Assembly (NCBI RefSeq): GCF_006345805.1
Contig: NC_043009.1
Location: forward strand, 25,234,001 to 25,298,000
Direction: 5' to 3'
Origin: Octopus sinensis
Taxonomy: Eukaryota
DNA: 64,000 nt
Part shown: positions 24,136 through 37,627 of the stretch, one piece after another
Position numbering within the stretch: the stretch's first letter is position 1
How the letters are laid out: each line of letters starts with the position of its first letter
Program-made: the position numbers and the translations under genes
The notes under the pieces: generated by a model
Databases searched by the model: none
The model's input: the letters and a program-made list of their open reading frames with translations, nothing else
Told to the model about the DNA's origin: nothing

Positions 24136-26366
24136 GAGAAAGACAGAGATACAAAGAAAGGGTGACGAGAGAGACTCAGTGCAAATCATCAAATCTAATC
24201 ACCAAAATAGATTAGTAGTTGTCAGCGACTCGGCAAGAGCCAGCCCGTATCTACTGCGACCAAATTCCTTTCTAATAATGTATGGCTTTTAGAACTATTA
24301 TATCTTAAACTATCTGTGCCTGCATTTTTCTGTCTTTCTGGCGCAATGGACGAACATTAAAGCTACTCAATGTTCTTTAGCCAACTTCTTTCATTTTGTA
24401 TCCTAGCGCTTTTTTTTTCTTCAATAGCGCCATGTTGAATCAGGCTTTCAAGTTATTTCAGGTTCGGTCCCGCTGTCGAAATCAAAAGGATTTTCTATGA
24501 ACTAACTGTTACCATACAACCTACGATTTAGTAAATCTTCCACACGGTTTCCGTTTACCAAATTTACTAGCAAGGCATTGGTTAGTATTGGATTATAGAA
24601 GACTACGTCCACGCCCCCGTGATGCTGTGCAGTGGGACCGAACCTGAAACCGCGTGGTCGCAAAGCAAGCTTCTTAACCGCGCAACCATATCTTATTCTT
24701 TTATTCTTTTACACGTTTCAGTCATTTGACTGCGGCCATGCTGGAGTACCGCCTTTAGTCGATCAAACTGACCCCAGGACTTATTCTTTGTAAGCCTAGT
24801 ACTTATTCGGTCGGTGTCTTATTCCGAACCGCTAATTTACGGGGACGTAAACACACCAGCATCGGTTGTCAAGCGATGCTGGGGTTACAAACACAGACAC
24901 ACAAATACATACATACACACACACATATATACATGACGGGCTTCTTTCAACTTCCGTCTACTAAATCTACTCAAGATTTCGGTCGGCCCATGCAGTTGGA
25001 CTGAACCCGGAACCATGTGGTTGGGAACCAAGCTTCTTACCACACAGCCACGCCTGCGCCTTAGTGAAGAATTATGGCCTTAGTTTCGCAGTGTGCTGTT
25101 TTGAGTAAAACAATTAATTTTACGTTGCTGCAGTCCATTCAGCAGTTAATGAGAAACCCTGCGATAGACCGGCGTCCCGTTAAGGGCTGTTGTTGTGATC
25201 TCAGTCACTTATACGCCCATTGGGGCCCAGGTTAACCAGCATTATGAGTCCTAGAACTCGAAACAACAGAACTTAGTTCCTTGATGTGGGACTGCAGTTG
25301 TGAGCACGAACTCGTTACGGTCTCTGTAGTTTAAGTTATTCGAAATCTGCAAAATGTGCTTAAGAGGTTGAATGTTGAGTGCCTACACACAAACACGCAC
25401 ACACACACACGACGGTCTACATCTTGCAACATAATCATTACGCACAATCCTTCCTCCCCTAGCACATAATCCCTCTGGAATCTTCTTCCTGGTCATGTCT
25501 TTGCTGAAGCTGATGGCCCGCAACAGTTTGAAACTAGCATTATTGGCATCAGATTGACCATTCTCAGAGGTTCCTGCAAAAGCCATGATCAGTTCACTTT
25601 CTTCCATACGCAACAAGTTTTTTATTGTTGTTGTTTTTTTATTCTTTTACTTGTTTCAGCCATTAGACTACGGCCATGCTGGGGCACTGCCTGAAGAATT
25701 TTTTTAATTGAATTAGTCGACCCCATTGCTTATGTTTTTTTTAAAGCCTGATATTTATTCTAGCCATATCCTTTCCCGAACCGCTAAGTTACGGGGATAA
25801 AAAAAAAAAAAAACGGTTGTCGAGCGGTGTTGGGGGACAAACACAGACACAACACACACATATACGACCTTCTTTCTGTTTCTGTCTGCCAAATCCACTC
25901 ACAAGACTTTGGTCGGCCTGGAACTATAGAAGACACCTGCCCAAGGTGCCACACAGTGGGACTGAACCCAGAAGATCGTGGTTGGGAAGAAAGCTATTAT
26001 AGAAAACACTTGCCCAAGGTACCATCCAGTGGGACCGAACCTGAAATAACTTGAAAGCCTGATTCAACATGGCGCTATTGAAGAAAAAAAAAGCGCTAGG
26101 ATACAAAATGAAAGAAGTTGGCTAAAGAACATTGAGTAGCTTTAATGTTCGTCCATTGCGCCAGAAAGACAGAAAAATGCAGGCACAGATAGTTTAAGAT
26201 ATAATAGTTCTAAAAGCCATACATTATTAGAAAGGAATTTGGTCGCAGTAGATACGGGCTGGCTCTTGCCGAGTCGCTGACAACTACTAATCTATTTTGG
26301 TGATTAGATTTGATGATTTGCACTGAGTCTCTCTCGTCACCCTTTCTTTGTATCTCTGTCTTTCTC
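24136..26366. repeat. 336-bp inverted duplication (24136-24471 / 26031-26366)
   Basis: The arms read as apparently exact reverse complements; the 1.56-kb spacer is rich in SINEs. Confidence 0.92.
24690..25060 (-). mobile_element. SINE family A
   Basis: Reverse-complement copy with a small internal deletion. Confidence 0.8.
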
Positions 26367-26643
26367 ACCCTCTCTCTGTATCCATATCTCTTTCTCTTTC
26401 ACTCATGCACATATTCAAAGACCCGGTAATTTTGAAAAGCTTCAACGCTAGGACTATCGAAAATTTTCAAAGAAACAAATTTAAATAACGTATAAAATGA
26501 AATAAAAACAATCTTGCGACATTTAGAAACCGATCAAAAATGGCGCTCTGAAAGAGAAAGCCTGAAAGCCGAAGGTAGGAGGTGATCAGAAGGCAGATAG
26601 GTTTTTACGTGTAGTTTATCCGACAGCAGCTATCGTCTGCTTC

Positions 26644-26679
<36 letters not shown>

Positions 26680-28091
26680 GTGTGTATGCAGTGTGTGTGT
26701 GTGTGTATGTGCGTTTTTATTAATGAAAGCGCAAAATAAAAATTTAAAAAGTGGAAATAGCCATAGTAGTTTTGCTCTGCAGGAATCCCAGTAAAGACTA
26801 GACTAGCTTAGGCAATAATTAAAGAGATCTTTTATAGTTGCCATCAACTTTGATAACCAACCAATCCCACAGTTGCAGAACGCTGGTAAAAAAAATAATA
26901 AATGAATGAATAAATAAAAATTATATATATAAAAAAAAGGGTAAAACAAGAACGACAACAAAAAGACGGCTGTAGTTTTAATTGCATGGTTGCTTATGTC
27001 TGTCTTCTGCTTTTACTCATTTAAGAGAGTCTGTTACAAATTCACAAGGTGACAATTGAGTGTCAGTTAAAATGTAAAGGAGGGAGAAAGAAAGAAAACG
27101 AGAGAGGTGGGGGGGGGGGGAGAGAAGAAGAAAAAGAAGAAGGAATGATACTAGAAAAGGAAGGAATTTTATAGCAGCCTGGACTTAGTTGAAGTATTAG
27201 TGACGACTCATGGTCTCTTAGAGTTAAGATGGATGGTGGTATTAGTAATATCGTGTTGTGCTTATATTGTTGTTGTTCGTTGGTTGGCTGGTTGGTTAGT
27301 TGTTTCACTACCGCTTCTTGTTGTTGTTGTTGCTGTAGTTGTCGTTGTCGTCGTGATCGGGATCAGAAAACCAGGAGTACCTTTTTGAAAACTTGTGTTC
27401 AAAAGCCGATTATTAAAAAGTAATTAACATTTCGCGGTTACTCTTTATTTTTTTTTACTTTTTTGTTTATTTATTTTTTTTTGTGTGTTGTGTATGTTTT
27501 GTTTTTGCTGTGTTTTATTTATTTATTTATTTTGTTCTTGTGTGTGTGTGTGTGTGTGTGTGTGTGCCTATCGCCCCACCCTTTTGTCTCCCCTCCACCT
27601 CCCGCTCCCTCCTTTCCCCCTCCCTCTCTCTCTCTCTCTGTTTGGCACCACCGTCCATTCCTTTCCCATGATTTTATTGTCTTTTACTGTACAAACGTTT
27701 AGTTATTTTGTTTCTTTGCTTTATTTTATTAATTCTTATATATTTTTTTTTGAATAGCTTTTGTGGAAATTGTTAAAAGTTTAAGCTGATTAAAAGAAAC
27801 ACACATTTGTAGCTAATTTTTGAGCTGTTGTTTGATATCATTATTGTTCATTATTATTATTATATTATTATTATTATTATTGTCGGCGTTGGTGGTGGTG
27901 GTGGTGGTGGTAGTGGCGACAGTGGTGGTGTTGGTTCTGCTGGACTTCAGAAGTAAACATTAAAAGTACTTTCATGATGGAATTGGATAAAAATTTTACA
28001 ATTAGCATTATCAACGATAACCAGGTTTTTGTAGTGGCTGTATGTCTGTGGTTGATCATAGCGCCGTGTGTGTGTGTGTGTGTGTGTGTGT

Positions 28092-28645
28092 GGCACTGTG
28101 TTGTGGAGCGTGTAATAGCTAAATTACACACACATACACACATTCGTATTCATTTTAATGATGGGACTGTCCGTGTTACTACTCCGAGTTTCGCGAGCGT
28201 CGCTGGTCACGAAACCGATTTCTGACTTTCAAGTTGTGGTTTTTATTATAAAATATCATGTATCGGTCACTTATTGAGAGCAAAATTCTATAATGAAAAT
28301 ATAAAAATCGGGAACGATAGGAGAAAATATATATTATAAAAGCAATGATTACATGTGTGTGGTGTGTGTGTGTGTGTGTGGCACTGTGTTGTGGAGCGTG
28401 TAATAGCTAAATTACACACACATACACACATTCGTATTCATTTTAATGATGGGACTGTCCGTGTTACTACTCCGAGTTTCGCGAGCGTCGCTGGTCACGA
28501 AACCGATTTCTGACTTTCAAGTTGTGGTTTTTATTATAAAATATCATGTATCGGTCACTTATTGAGAGCAAAATTCTATAATGAAAATATAAAAATCGGG
28601 AACGATAGGAGAAAATATATATTATAAAAGCAATGATTACATGTG
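28092..28645. repeat. Tandem duplication, period 288 bp, bounded by (GT)n
   Basis: GGCACTGTGTTGTGGAGC...AAGCAATGATTACATGTG at 28092 and 28380; the copies appear identical. Confidence 0.95.
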
Positions 28646-29780
28646 TGTGTGTGTGTGTGTTATTTAAAGCTAAACAACGCGTATTATGATAAATAATACA
28701 AGTCGATGGTTTGTACTTTTACTTTGAGTTTTAATATTTCTGGGTTAGGACCCCTTCAGGAAATCTTCGGAGATGTGGCGTTGGAAGCTAACTTCTACGT
28801 GAACATATTTCTTGAAGAAGGTGACACAACACCGAAATATTGAAATACAAGGTAAATGTGCAAACCATAGGCTTGTGTTGTTTCTCACAAATCATTGTTT
28901 TGACTTTTAAAAAAATACTAAAAACATGCTTGTTTCCATAGTAACATGCGGAACATGAAAACCCTTTTGTCTGCGAGAAAGCACGTGTTGACAAATATAT
29001 TGAAACTACTTGTTTTACCTATCTGCTGATAATTGGGCATGTGAATTTATGAACTGGTCAACAAAATATTTGTTTTGTTTTTTAAATCTGACACTGCTTC
29101 GTTCCAACTATTCTGCTCATGTATCTGTATGAGAGAGGCAGAGAGAGTCCGTAGAGTGATAACAAAGATTGTGAATGGTCCATATGACCATTCAAGCATT
29201 GGTCTCCTCAAGAGAAGACTAATACTTTGCACTGTTTCACCTGCAGTATGTATAGACAAAGGGAAGATATTGATTCATAAGCTTTCTTTTTATTGGTTAC
29301 ATTAACAAAAGATTTCTAAGGTATCCTCATTTGACTAATCAGAACTGGTGTTAATTATAACTCTGATTGAGCTCTAACTCTGAACGCTACCTTGCAATAT
29401 ATATATACCAAGTAATCTTTGGGTTATGGGTCCAACCCACTAAGGGATAGTATTTATCCGATATACTGTTGGTATAATACCCAAATTCTTAATACACAAG
29501 TGTTTTTAATTGCAATGCAATTAACCTACTTATTGTATTAAATGGGTGGAGGTAAAGAAATATTTTACCATTAATTTATAATACAAATAAGAAAATGGAG
29601 AAACAATTTAGTTGGTTCATCAGCCTTCGGATATTATATATGAAGGTATCGGAACTTTAAGCATGCGGGAGACAGGTCGTTTTCGCCCTTGTTCCCTTGA
29701 TATAATTATATATATGTACATTATTAAATTTTTATAGCAAGCTGACTACTTGACAAAAATCATTAACGTGATTTTTATCC

Positions 29781-29828
<48 letters not shown>

Positions 29829-30566
29829 ATATATATATATATTACTTGGAAATTTTAAACTACTTTGAACTTTTTATAAAATAATAATAAATATTCTTTA
29901 TCAGTAAAATTAAGTTAAGTGCCATACTAAGCTGCTGCTAGCCGGATCCGGCCTGCGGGCTGAGTGTTTTACACTCCTATTTTTAAGGAGTACTTTTACT
30001 CGATGTATGAGCTATTACTTACTTTCATTTGCATTTGTGTAGGTTTCTAACAAGAAACACATACACTCACACGTATTGTTTGTTTGTTTTACGCTCGCTT
30101 TCCAATTGGATGTCCTTCCTGTCGCTAACCTTGACTCGTTTTTTAAGTAATTGAATTTTCATTCGGCTCCACATCGAAGGTGCAGAACCACCCGACGATT
30201 TGTTGACGTGGAAACGTCAGTCTGTAGCTTAGTGATTTTCATGCAAAGCGCAGAATGTAAGCACTCATACAAATACACAGTGCGCGCGCGCGTGTGTGTG
30301 ATTAGACAGATCACCAGTCTTCTGGATTAACAGAGAAACTTGAAGGTTAAATCCGGAGACATACACGTCCCTTTCAAGACCATCATTAGCTACTTTTGTT
30401 TTTTTTTCTGTTTGGTTGCCAGCATCAATTCCTGTTCGAATTGATTTCATATTCAGTGTAATGATACACTTTTATAGGCTAATGAATGATATGAAAATCA
30501 TTTTCATTATAAATCAATAAATAAAGAGTTATTAGCAGTTAAATTTTCAAAATTTTGGGTAATTTC

Positions 30567-30654
30567 AGCCAATCGTAACCGCAGACACATTCATGCTTGT
30601 TTCCATGGTAACATGCGGAACGTGAGAACTCTTTTGTCTGCGAGAAAGCACGTG
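30567..30654. promoter_or_regulatory. Candidate regulatory motif cluster: CCAAT box, RFX X-box and E-box
   Basis: AGCCAATCG (30567-75), GTTTCCATGGTAAC (30599-612), CACGTG (30649-54); no linked exon identified. Confidence 0.35.
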
Positions 30655-32538
30655 TTGATGAATATATTGAAACTACTTGTTTTACCTATCTGCTGACAAG
30701 TGGGCATATGAATTTATGAACCGGTCAACAAAATATTTGGGTTTTTTTTTAATATTTAACTTGTAATGGGCTATTTTGTTTTTAGATAAATCTTTTAAGT
30801 TCGTGCTATCACATTAAATGCATATTGAGTGCTTCAGACTACAAAAGACGTGTTGTTTACTCGTTTCCGCTTGTAGAATACAAATATTGACAACACGTGC
30901 TATTTTCAGGATGTTGTCGACTGAATGTGCAGTCACCCACAAAGTGACAGTTTCCAAATCCTGGTTCCTAACTGGGTGAAAATGATCAACCTTTAAACCT
31001 CTATAATTTTTTAAAAACATTTTTCTGGAAAAAGTGAAATAAATCCAGCAATTCAACTTCGAAAAGTACATTAATGTGTCAAATTTTAAAAATTTCGATA
31101 AACTTTTGAAATGCTGGCAGCCAAACGGAAAAGATCCGCGACTTTTTAAATAAATATAAATGTTTCGTGAGTCAAAGGGACTTGGAAAGGTTGGTCGGTC
31201 CTTAATTCTGGGTTCTGGTCTGAACGGAAGAGACCAATTCCGTTCACTATCTACTTCTTTGGGAAACAAACGGTTTACATTGAACCATGTTATCTTTCTC
31301 AAAACAAAACAAAAGTGGATGGTCAAAGCTGGAGTGTCTGTGTTTTGATCATATACCTGTTCAATTAGAACTGACCAGGAGCTCAATAACAGCAGCCATC
31401 ATCATCATCTGTATGATTGTATGTTCTATCATTACCATCGGTGCAAAGCATAGATTTTGTCATCGTCCGATATCACCACCGTCGCCATCACCACCATCAT
31501 CATTGTCACTATCACGACGACGACCACCATCCATCATCATCACCATCGTCATCAAAATCGTAATTAGATATAGTAAAATCTGTCATCACCATCTCCATCG
31601 TCATCATCTCTCTCTCGCCATCTCCGTCATCGTCATCAACACCATTGCCATCAGATATAGTAAATTCTGTCATCGTCACCATCACCACCACCACGAACAT
31701 CATCGGCGTCAGCACTGATTGTAGGCGTCATCATCAATCTCTATGTTGTCGTCAGTGTCAATTCTGTCATTTAATGTGTTTCTTTGATGCTCTTATCACC
31801 AACATCGTCGTCATCGCTGTCCTCGTAACGTCGCCATCATCGTTCCGTCGTCGTCTTCACCACCACCACCATCGTCGTCGTCATGATCAAAAAGTGGTGT
31901 GGTGGCAATCATTATCATCGCCACATATGACAACGGTTATTGGTCGCCGATATAATTACTATCGTCGTTATCATCGTCTTTTTTTTTCCTTTCCCTTCTT
32001 TACAACCGACATTAACCTACCCCCCACCTCGCCACCCCCCCCCACCCGCGCTTTTTTTTTCTTCCACGACCATCATCATCATCATCATCATCATAGTCCT
32101 TTTATTGTTTCATCACTGGCATTACATCACTGTGATGTTTTAATATCATCATAATCACCATTAGCATTATCATCACCGTCGTCGCTGCCGCCGCTGTCAA
32201 AATAGGTTGAAAGTCTTGGTTGATTTATGTTCTGTATAGTGATTCTTGGTGTTGTTAGTGTTGCTGTCGTTGCTTTTGGAAACAGAAAGTCGTCGACTGT
32301 TTTTTTTTTTTATTTTTGTTTTTTTTTTTTACCTTCGAGAATATTAAGTGATTTTGATTAGAATTGAAGGAAAAAAAATTAATGGAGGCAAGAGTGAGAA
32401 TTGAAACCTTGGTGCAGGTTCGTTTTCGCCGTTGGTTGACAAAGCCTTCTTTGAAATTTTCTGTTAGGCAATCACTAATAAACTGCGCGTTTATTTCGGT
32501 GACTGAGCGTCACACACACACACACACATATATATATA

Positions 32539-33640
32539 CTAGCAAATGCGCCCGTCTTTTGGACGGTTTAAGTTGCTTTGGTGGTATTTTTTTCACCAAA
32601 TAATTGAACTATATAGAAGGTTTATGAGTGGCACGGCAATCTATGTTTCCGATTAACCTAGGAACGGAAAATGAAATTGAAGGTTGGTTATTGTGGAGGT
32701 CGTTGCACGTTAATGATCATGGGACATATAAGTTTGCAAGCGATGCAAAGTAGGGCTACAGAAGTGTTTTGGGAGTGGATTATGGATAATGACTACAAAA
32801 TATAGTTGTTTTACATGAAAGCGAAATTTCTTGTAAGAAACAGCCACATAAGTGGTGTAATGAATTTGAAGGAAGACGTTGAAACTTCCCCTCTGCGAGT
32901 TTATTTTATTCAACTGCAAAGGGAGCTATTTTTTCGGAGAGATAAGCAAAGAAAATCCCCTTTATCCTGTCTTCCCACATAGCCTGCACATAAACTAACA
33001 GCGAATGCCGTGTAAAGTTAAATTGGTATGGAGCTTTCTGAAAGATACATATAGCTTTCACTAGTGGAAGCAAAACTCTTATTTAAAGGTTGATTCTTTG
33101 GGACAGATCATATGAGATTGTTTAAAAAGGGCTAGAACGACAGTGCTAAAGTGTATATGAAACAGTGGACAACAGTCGAAATATCATAATGGATGGGTAA
33201 ATAAGCATCCTTAAAGTGAAACAACAGTTTCAAAAGTAAACGTAAGTCTCAACAAATAGAAAAAAGGGAAGGGAACATCACCTTTCAGAATAGGTAAAGG
33301 TAAGCTTGCCAAAGTTTAATGCAGTTTAAATATGGAGATTAAGATAGTTTGGTATTAGATATTCATCGCGTACAGTATTTCTAGTCAACTGAATCACCGA
33401 CGTAGGTAAACAGTGGAAATAGAGACGAAATCCTTTCAATTTTATAAAAAGATTTTAAAAGTATGGAAGACCCTTCATACAAAAAACTATGTCCAATTAC
33501 GCGGGAACTCTGGGGAAAATGTTATAGTGCATGACCATCCTTGGGACATAAGTAATGTGTGTGTAAAGTTTGGTGAAAATTGGTTGGGAATTGTGGAAAT
33601 GTATGCGTTAGTCATTATACATACACATACTGCGATTTAT

Positions 33641-33645
<5 letters not shown>
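32539..33645 (-). mobile_element. Non-autonomous Helitron-like element
   Basis: Minus-strand 3' end CCGTC-CAAAA-GACGG hairpin followed by GCGCATTTGCTAG|T. The 5' region carries a CCAATTTTCACCAAACTTT motif and ends in (TA)n. Confidence 0.65.
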
Positions 33646-33678
<33 letters not shown>

Positions 33679-33897
33679 TATAGTGAGAATTTACAAAAAA
33701 AAAAAAAAAAAAGATGAAGGCAGGTGTGTAAACAACAAACAGATGTATTAGTTTAACGCTCGGGAAGTGAGAAAGTCTTTTCCGTTTCGAGCCTACACTC
33801 TTCGACAGAAAGGAACTCAGAAATAAACAGGGATAGAAAATAGAAAAAGGTATAGTGGCTAGCGATCTATCATGGCGAATGCTGGACATACATACAT

Positions 33898-33955
<58 letters not shown>

Positions 33956-34004
33956 ACACACACACATACATACATACATACATACATATGTACGAGTGTG
34001 TGTA

Positions 34005-34197
34005 ATTTGCTTGTGCCAGTCATTTGACTGTGGCCATGCTGGAGCACCGCCATAAAAAGATTTTAGCCGAAGAAATCGACCTCAGGACTTATTTTTTGTA
34101 AGCTTAGTACTTATTCTATCGGTCTCTTTTGCCGAAGTGCTAAGTTATAGGACGTAAACACGCTAAAAGTAGTTGTCAAGCGATGGTAGGGGGACAA

Positions 34198-34228
<31 letters not shown>

Positions 34229-34400
34229 CATATGTGTGTATGTATATACGACGGGCTTCTTTCAGTTTCTATCTACCATATACATTCACAAGGCTTTGGT
34301 CGGCCCGGGGCTATTGTAGAAGACACTTGCCCAAGATACCATGCAGTGGGACTGAACTCGGAACCATGTGGTTGAGAAGGAAGCTTCTTACCACACCTGC
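34005..34400 (-). mobile_element. SINE family A
   Basis: Reverse-complement copy. Confidence 0.8.
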
Positions 34401-34876
34401 AGGCACACACACACACACACATACATATATATATATATCAATTCAATTTGAGTATGAACCCTGAAGTTTACTTTAGGAAGCCCGTGTACGAGCGTCAGCT
34501 ATCAGACACGATTTTAAACCGGTCGTAGTATTACTGAAGATACATCAGGAAACCTGTGAGTATCCGCAGAGTATATTTAAAAGTGTAAGCAAGCGAGAAT
34601 AGGTTGAACAAAACACTTTATTGCATAACACCACAATCGTTTGATCTCCACTTTACCAGCAGACTATCGCCCGAAATATCATATAATACATTAAATTAAA
34701 TTCAAACATGTTGCTAGTTCAAATAAGTTTGAAGCACATTCGAACCCATAAGGAAGCTAACCACTGTATTTATGTCTTGAGAAAAATACAGCAAATTGTT
34801 TTGTTACGAGTTCGAATATGCCTCATGCGTATTTGAATTGCTAAAATATTTACGTTTATGCATATCACTGCTTGTT

Positions 34877-35170
34877 GAGGCGCAATGGACAGCGGACTCG
34901 CGGTCGGAGGATCGCGGTTTCGATTCCCAGACCGGGCGTTGTGTGTGTTTATTGAGCGAAAACACCTGAAAGCTCCACGAGGCTCCGGCAGGGGGTGGTA
35001 GTGACCCCCTGTTGTACTCTTTCGCCCCAACTTTCTCTCTCTCTCTCTCTTCTTGTTTCTTGAGTAACACTGCGATGGACTGGCGTCCTGTCCAGCTGGG
35101 GGGGGGGATACATACGCCACAGAAACCGGGAAACCGGGCTCGTGTGCCTGGCTAGGCTTGAAAAGGGCGA
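34877..35170 (+). mobile_element. tRNA-derived SINE, family C
   Basis: GCGGACTCGCGG..GGTTTCGATTCC tRNA-like head and TGCGATGGACTGGCGTCC body. Related copy at 50955-51255; older relatives at ~25080-25260, 45840-46090 and 51775-51990. Confidence 0.7.
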
Positions 35171-35710
35171 CGTTTATCGTTATATCACTGCTTGGCGCTG
35201 TTGCCCCGTAATGCATTGAATATATTGAATCTTAGTACTTACATTGCATCAGCGTTACTACAGCAACATTGTTAAGTGATGGCTCATCAAGTGTGAATGC
35301 CCCATGAGTTTTGATAAATCAAGCCATATTCCACTGAGTATATATACACTCCATGTTGATCCTGTTAGAATCACATTTGGATTAAAACAAACACCATTAG
35401 ATCGTAAATCGCAAGTACACTTCAGCCGGTCAAGAAAACGGTGAATAAAGAAATGGCAATAGTCTTCTATGCAATAAAGCGTGTTAGCTCAATCCTCTCT
35501 CTCTCCTCTCCCACCTCCCCCCTCTCTCTCTCATTCTCTCTAATATATAATTTACTGGACTGTCACCAGTCATATAACAGGGAACCCTATCAACGCAAAA
35601 TTTCATTAAAAAACAAAGTGTATTTATTAAGAATTCAGAAGAATCAAATTAGTTAGTAAACTAGCATAATTTTTATCGGAATATATATATGTATATATAT
35701 ATATATATAA

Positions 35711-36660
35711 GATAAGCATCAGGCTGTTGCTGCCAATGGTGGCCTCTCTAGGGAAAGACAAATTGTGAATGGAGTCTCCTAGGGAACCATCTTGGTGCCA
35801 TTACTGTTTATAATAACTCTTTTAGACATGCCCATGATCACTCAGCTAGCCACTGTCACTGGCTCCGGCTGATGATACAAAATTATCTCAGGCAATAAAG
35901 AACTTTATGTTGCAAACTTGCAGCCGGACCAAAATGCCATATACAAGTGGACTGAACAAAATAGCATGCAATTTGACACTGGAAAATTTCGACCACTGCG
36001 CTTTCAGCTCACAAATGCATCGCGACCGGTATACAGAGGGCCCGAAAGCACTGCAATCCCAGAGTTACAGACAGTGAGAGATTTGGAGATCAGTATATGT
36101 AGTGATGCATCATTTCATGTGTAGCGTAGACAGTTGGCAGGGTGGGTACTAAGATCCTGAAAGACGAAAGGCCAAGAAGCCATGTTGACCTTTGCTCTCA
36201 GACGCCTTGGACTATTGCTCTCAGCTGTGGTCACCATATAGTGTCAAGCTAACAGCAGAGTTTGAAGCGATCCGATGCTATAACACCAAAAAGATTGTCA
36301 GAGTGCAGCTGTTGAACTGCTGGGAGAGACTGAAAAACTGACTTCACTCCCTGAAGGAAAGACATAAGAGATATGTAATAGTTACATGTGGAAAATTCTA
36401 GAAGTGTCAGTTCCTATCTCTGGCATCAAGAATCATACAAATACCTGTACTGGATATCATTGCCTAATACCGTCTATTCCATTTAAAGTGAGGACCAGGT
36501 ACTGCAATAGCTGGGGTTCAAACACACTCAGCTGTTCAGTGTTCTACCAAGAGAATTAAAGAAACCTAATGAACCAACGTCCCGAGCATAAAGTAGAGAT
36601 GAAGGCGGCAGTGTCAAACACCCTTGTACACCAAACGATCCAACAACAATAATAATTTTT
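35711..36660 (+). mobile_element. Degenerate CR1/L2-type LINE reverse transcriptase remnant
   Basis: Translation gives IVNGVS*GTILVPLLFII (cf. GVPQGSILGPLLF), ADDTKL (cf. FADD) and IYKWTEQNSMQFDTGK...VRDLEI, with many stops and frameshifts. Confidence 0.85.
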
Positions 36661-37627
36661 AAAAAGCATGTGCTAGAATGATGATATGAAATCCCACCTC
36701 GCAGGAGAAACCAATCATACAAGAGAGCTGTGGAAGAGATACGAAGTCTCGGGGCGCTACCGCATGACTGGAACACATTAAAGCTATATATATATATATA
36801 AAGGAATACAAAATATGAGACAATAACGCAAAACATCCAGGCAGATGAGACAAAAAAGGGACAAGGAGAAACACGGACGGGTCATTTGAAGTTTTCTTTC
36901 TTCAGTCGATTTGATTTATACCAAATGATTTAGGAAAATGAATGGGTTATTTCCCTTGGCTGTTAAAATGCAGTATATTAGATATATATAAGGGTCCCTT
37001 CCAGGGGCCCTATTATCGATTTTTTTTTTCAACAGAGTATGAGGTTTTCAGACAGAAGTTCTACTCACGTGTCAAGTTTCATCAAAATCGATTTAAAAAA
37101 TGTAGGAGGAGTTAACTAACAATTCCACAAACACACCCACATACAGAATTTCCCACATATCACATATGTAGTATATATATATATATATATATACACGCGC
37201 GCACTGAAACATCAAAACTGTTTCTCTTCAATTGCAAGATGTTTAAATACATTTGTCAAAGTTTGTTTTTCTCGTGTTGCCTTCTTTCTGTACTCATTAT
37301 ACGTGTGTGTGTGTGCACATACTTACGTAAAGATTATATTCGTGTACAAATATAAAATGTGTCTATGTATTATTCCATCTTTAAATATATGCAAGACACT
37401 TGTTTTCTCTCCCCCCCTCTCTCTCTCAGCCACTTGCATTTACCATCTCACATTCAGTTTCTATTCCTATTTACGTACTTCACCTACTTTTCGTTATTTC
37501 AATATTTTAGTTTTGACTTCTAATATACACTTATGCAAAAAGCATACACACACACACATTCTTTGTTTTGTCCTGTATAGTCCATAATGTTTCTCTTTAT
37601 GGTTAATAAAGAAATCATTACTTCAAG

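Noticed and set aside
25383-25616. 77-aa minus-strand ORF in non-repetitive sequence
   Set aside because: No recognisable homology and no convincing donor site
29938-29980. hAT/Charlie-like terminal motif GCCGGATCCGGCCTGCGGGC
   Set aside because: Only one degenerate end, with no partner TIR or 8-bp TSD found
34477-34555. Possible 79-nt exon (tttag...gtgagt)
   Set aside because: The splice-like ends are good, but the translation EARVRASAIRHDFKPVVVLLKIHQET resembles neither TRAP1 nor any protein I recognise
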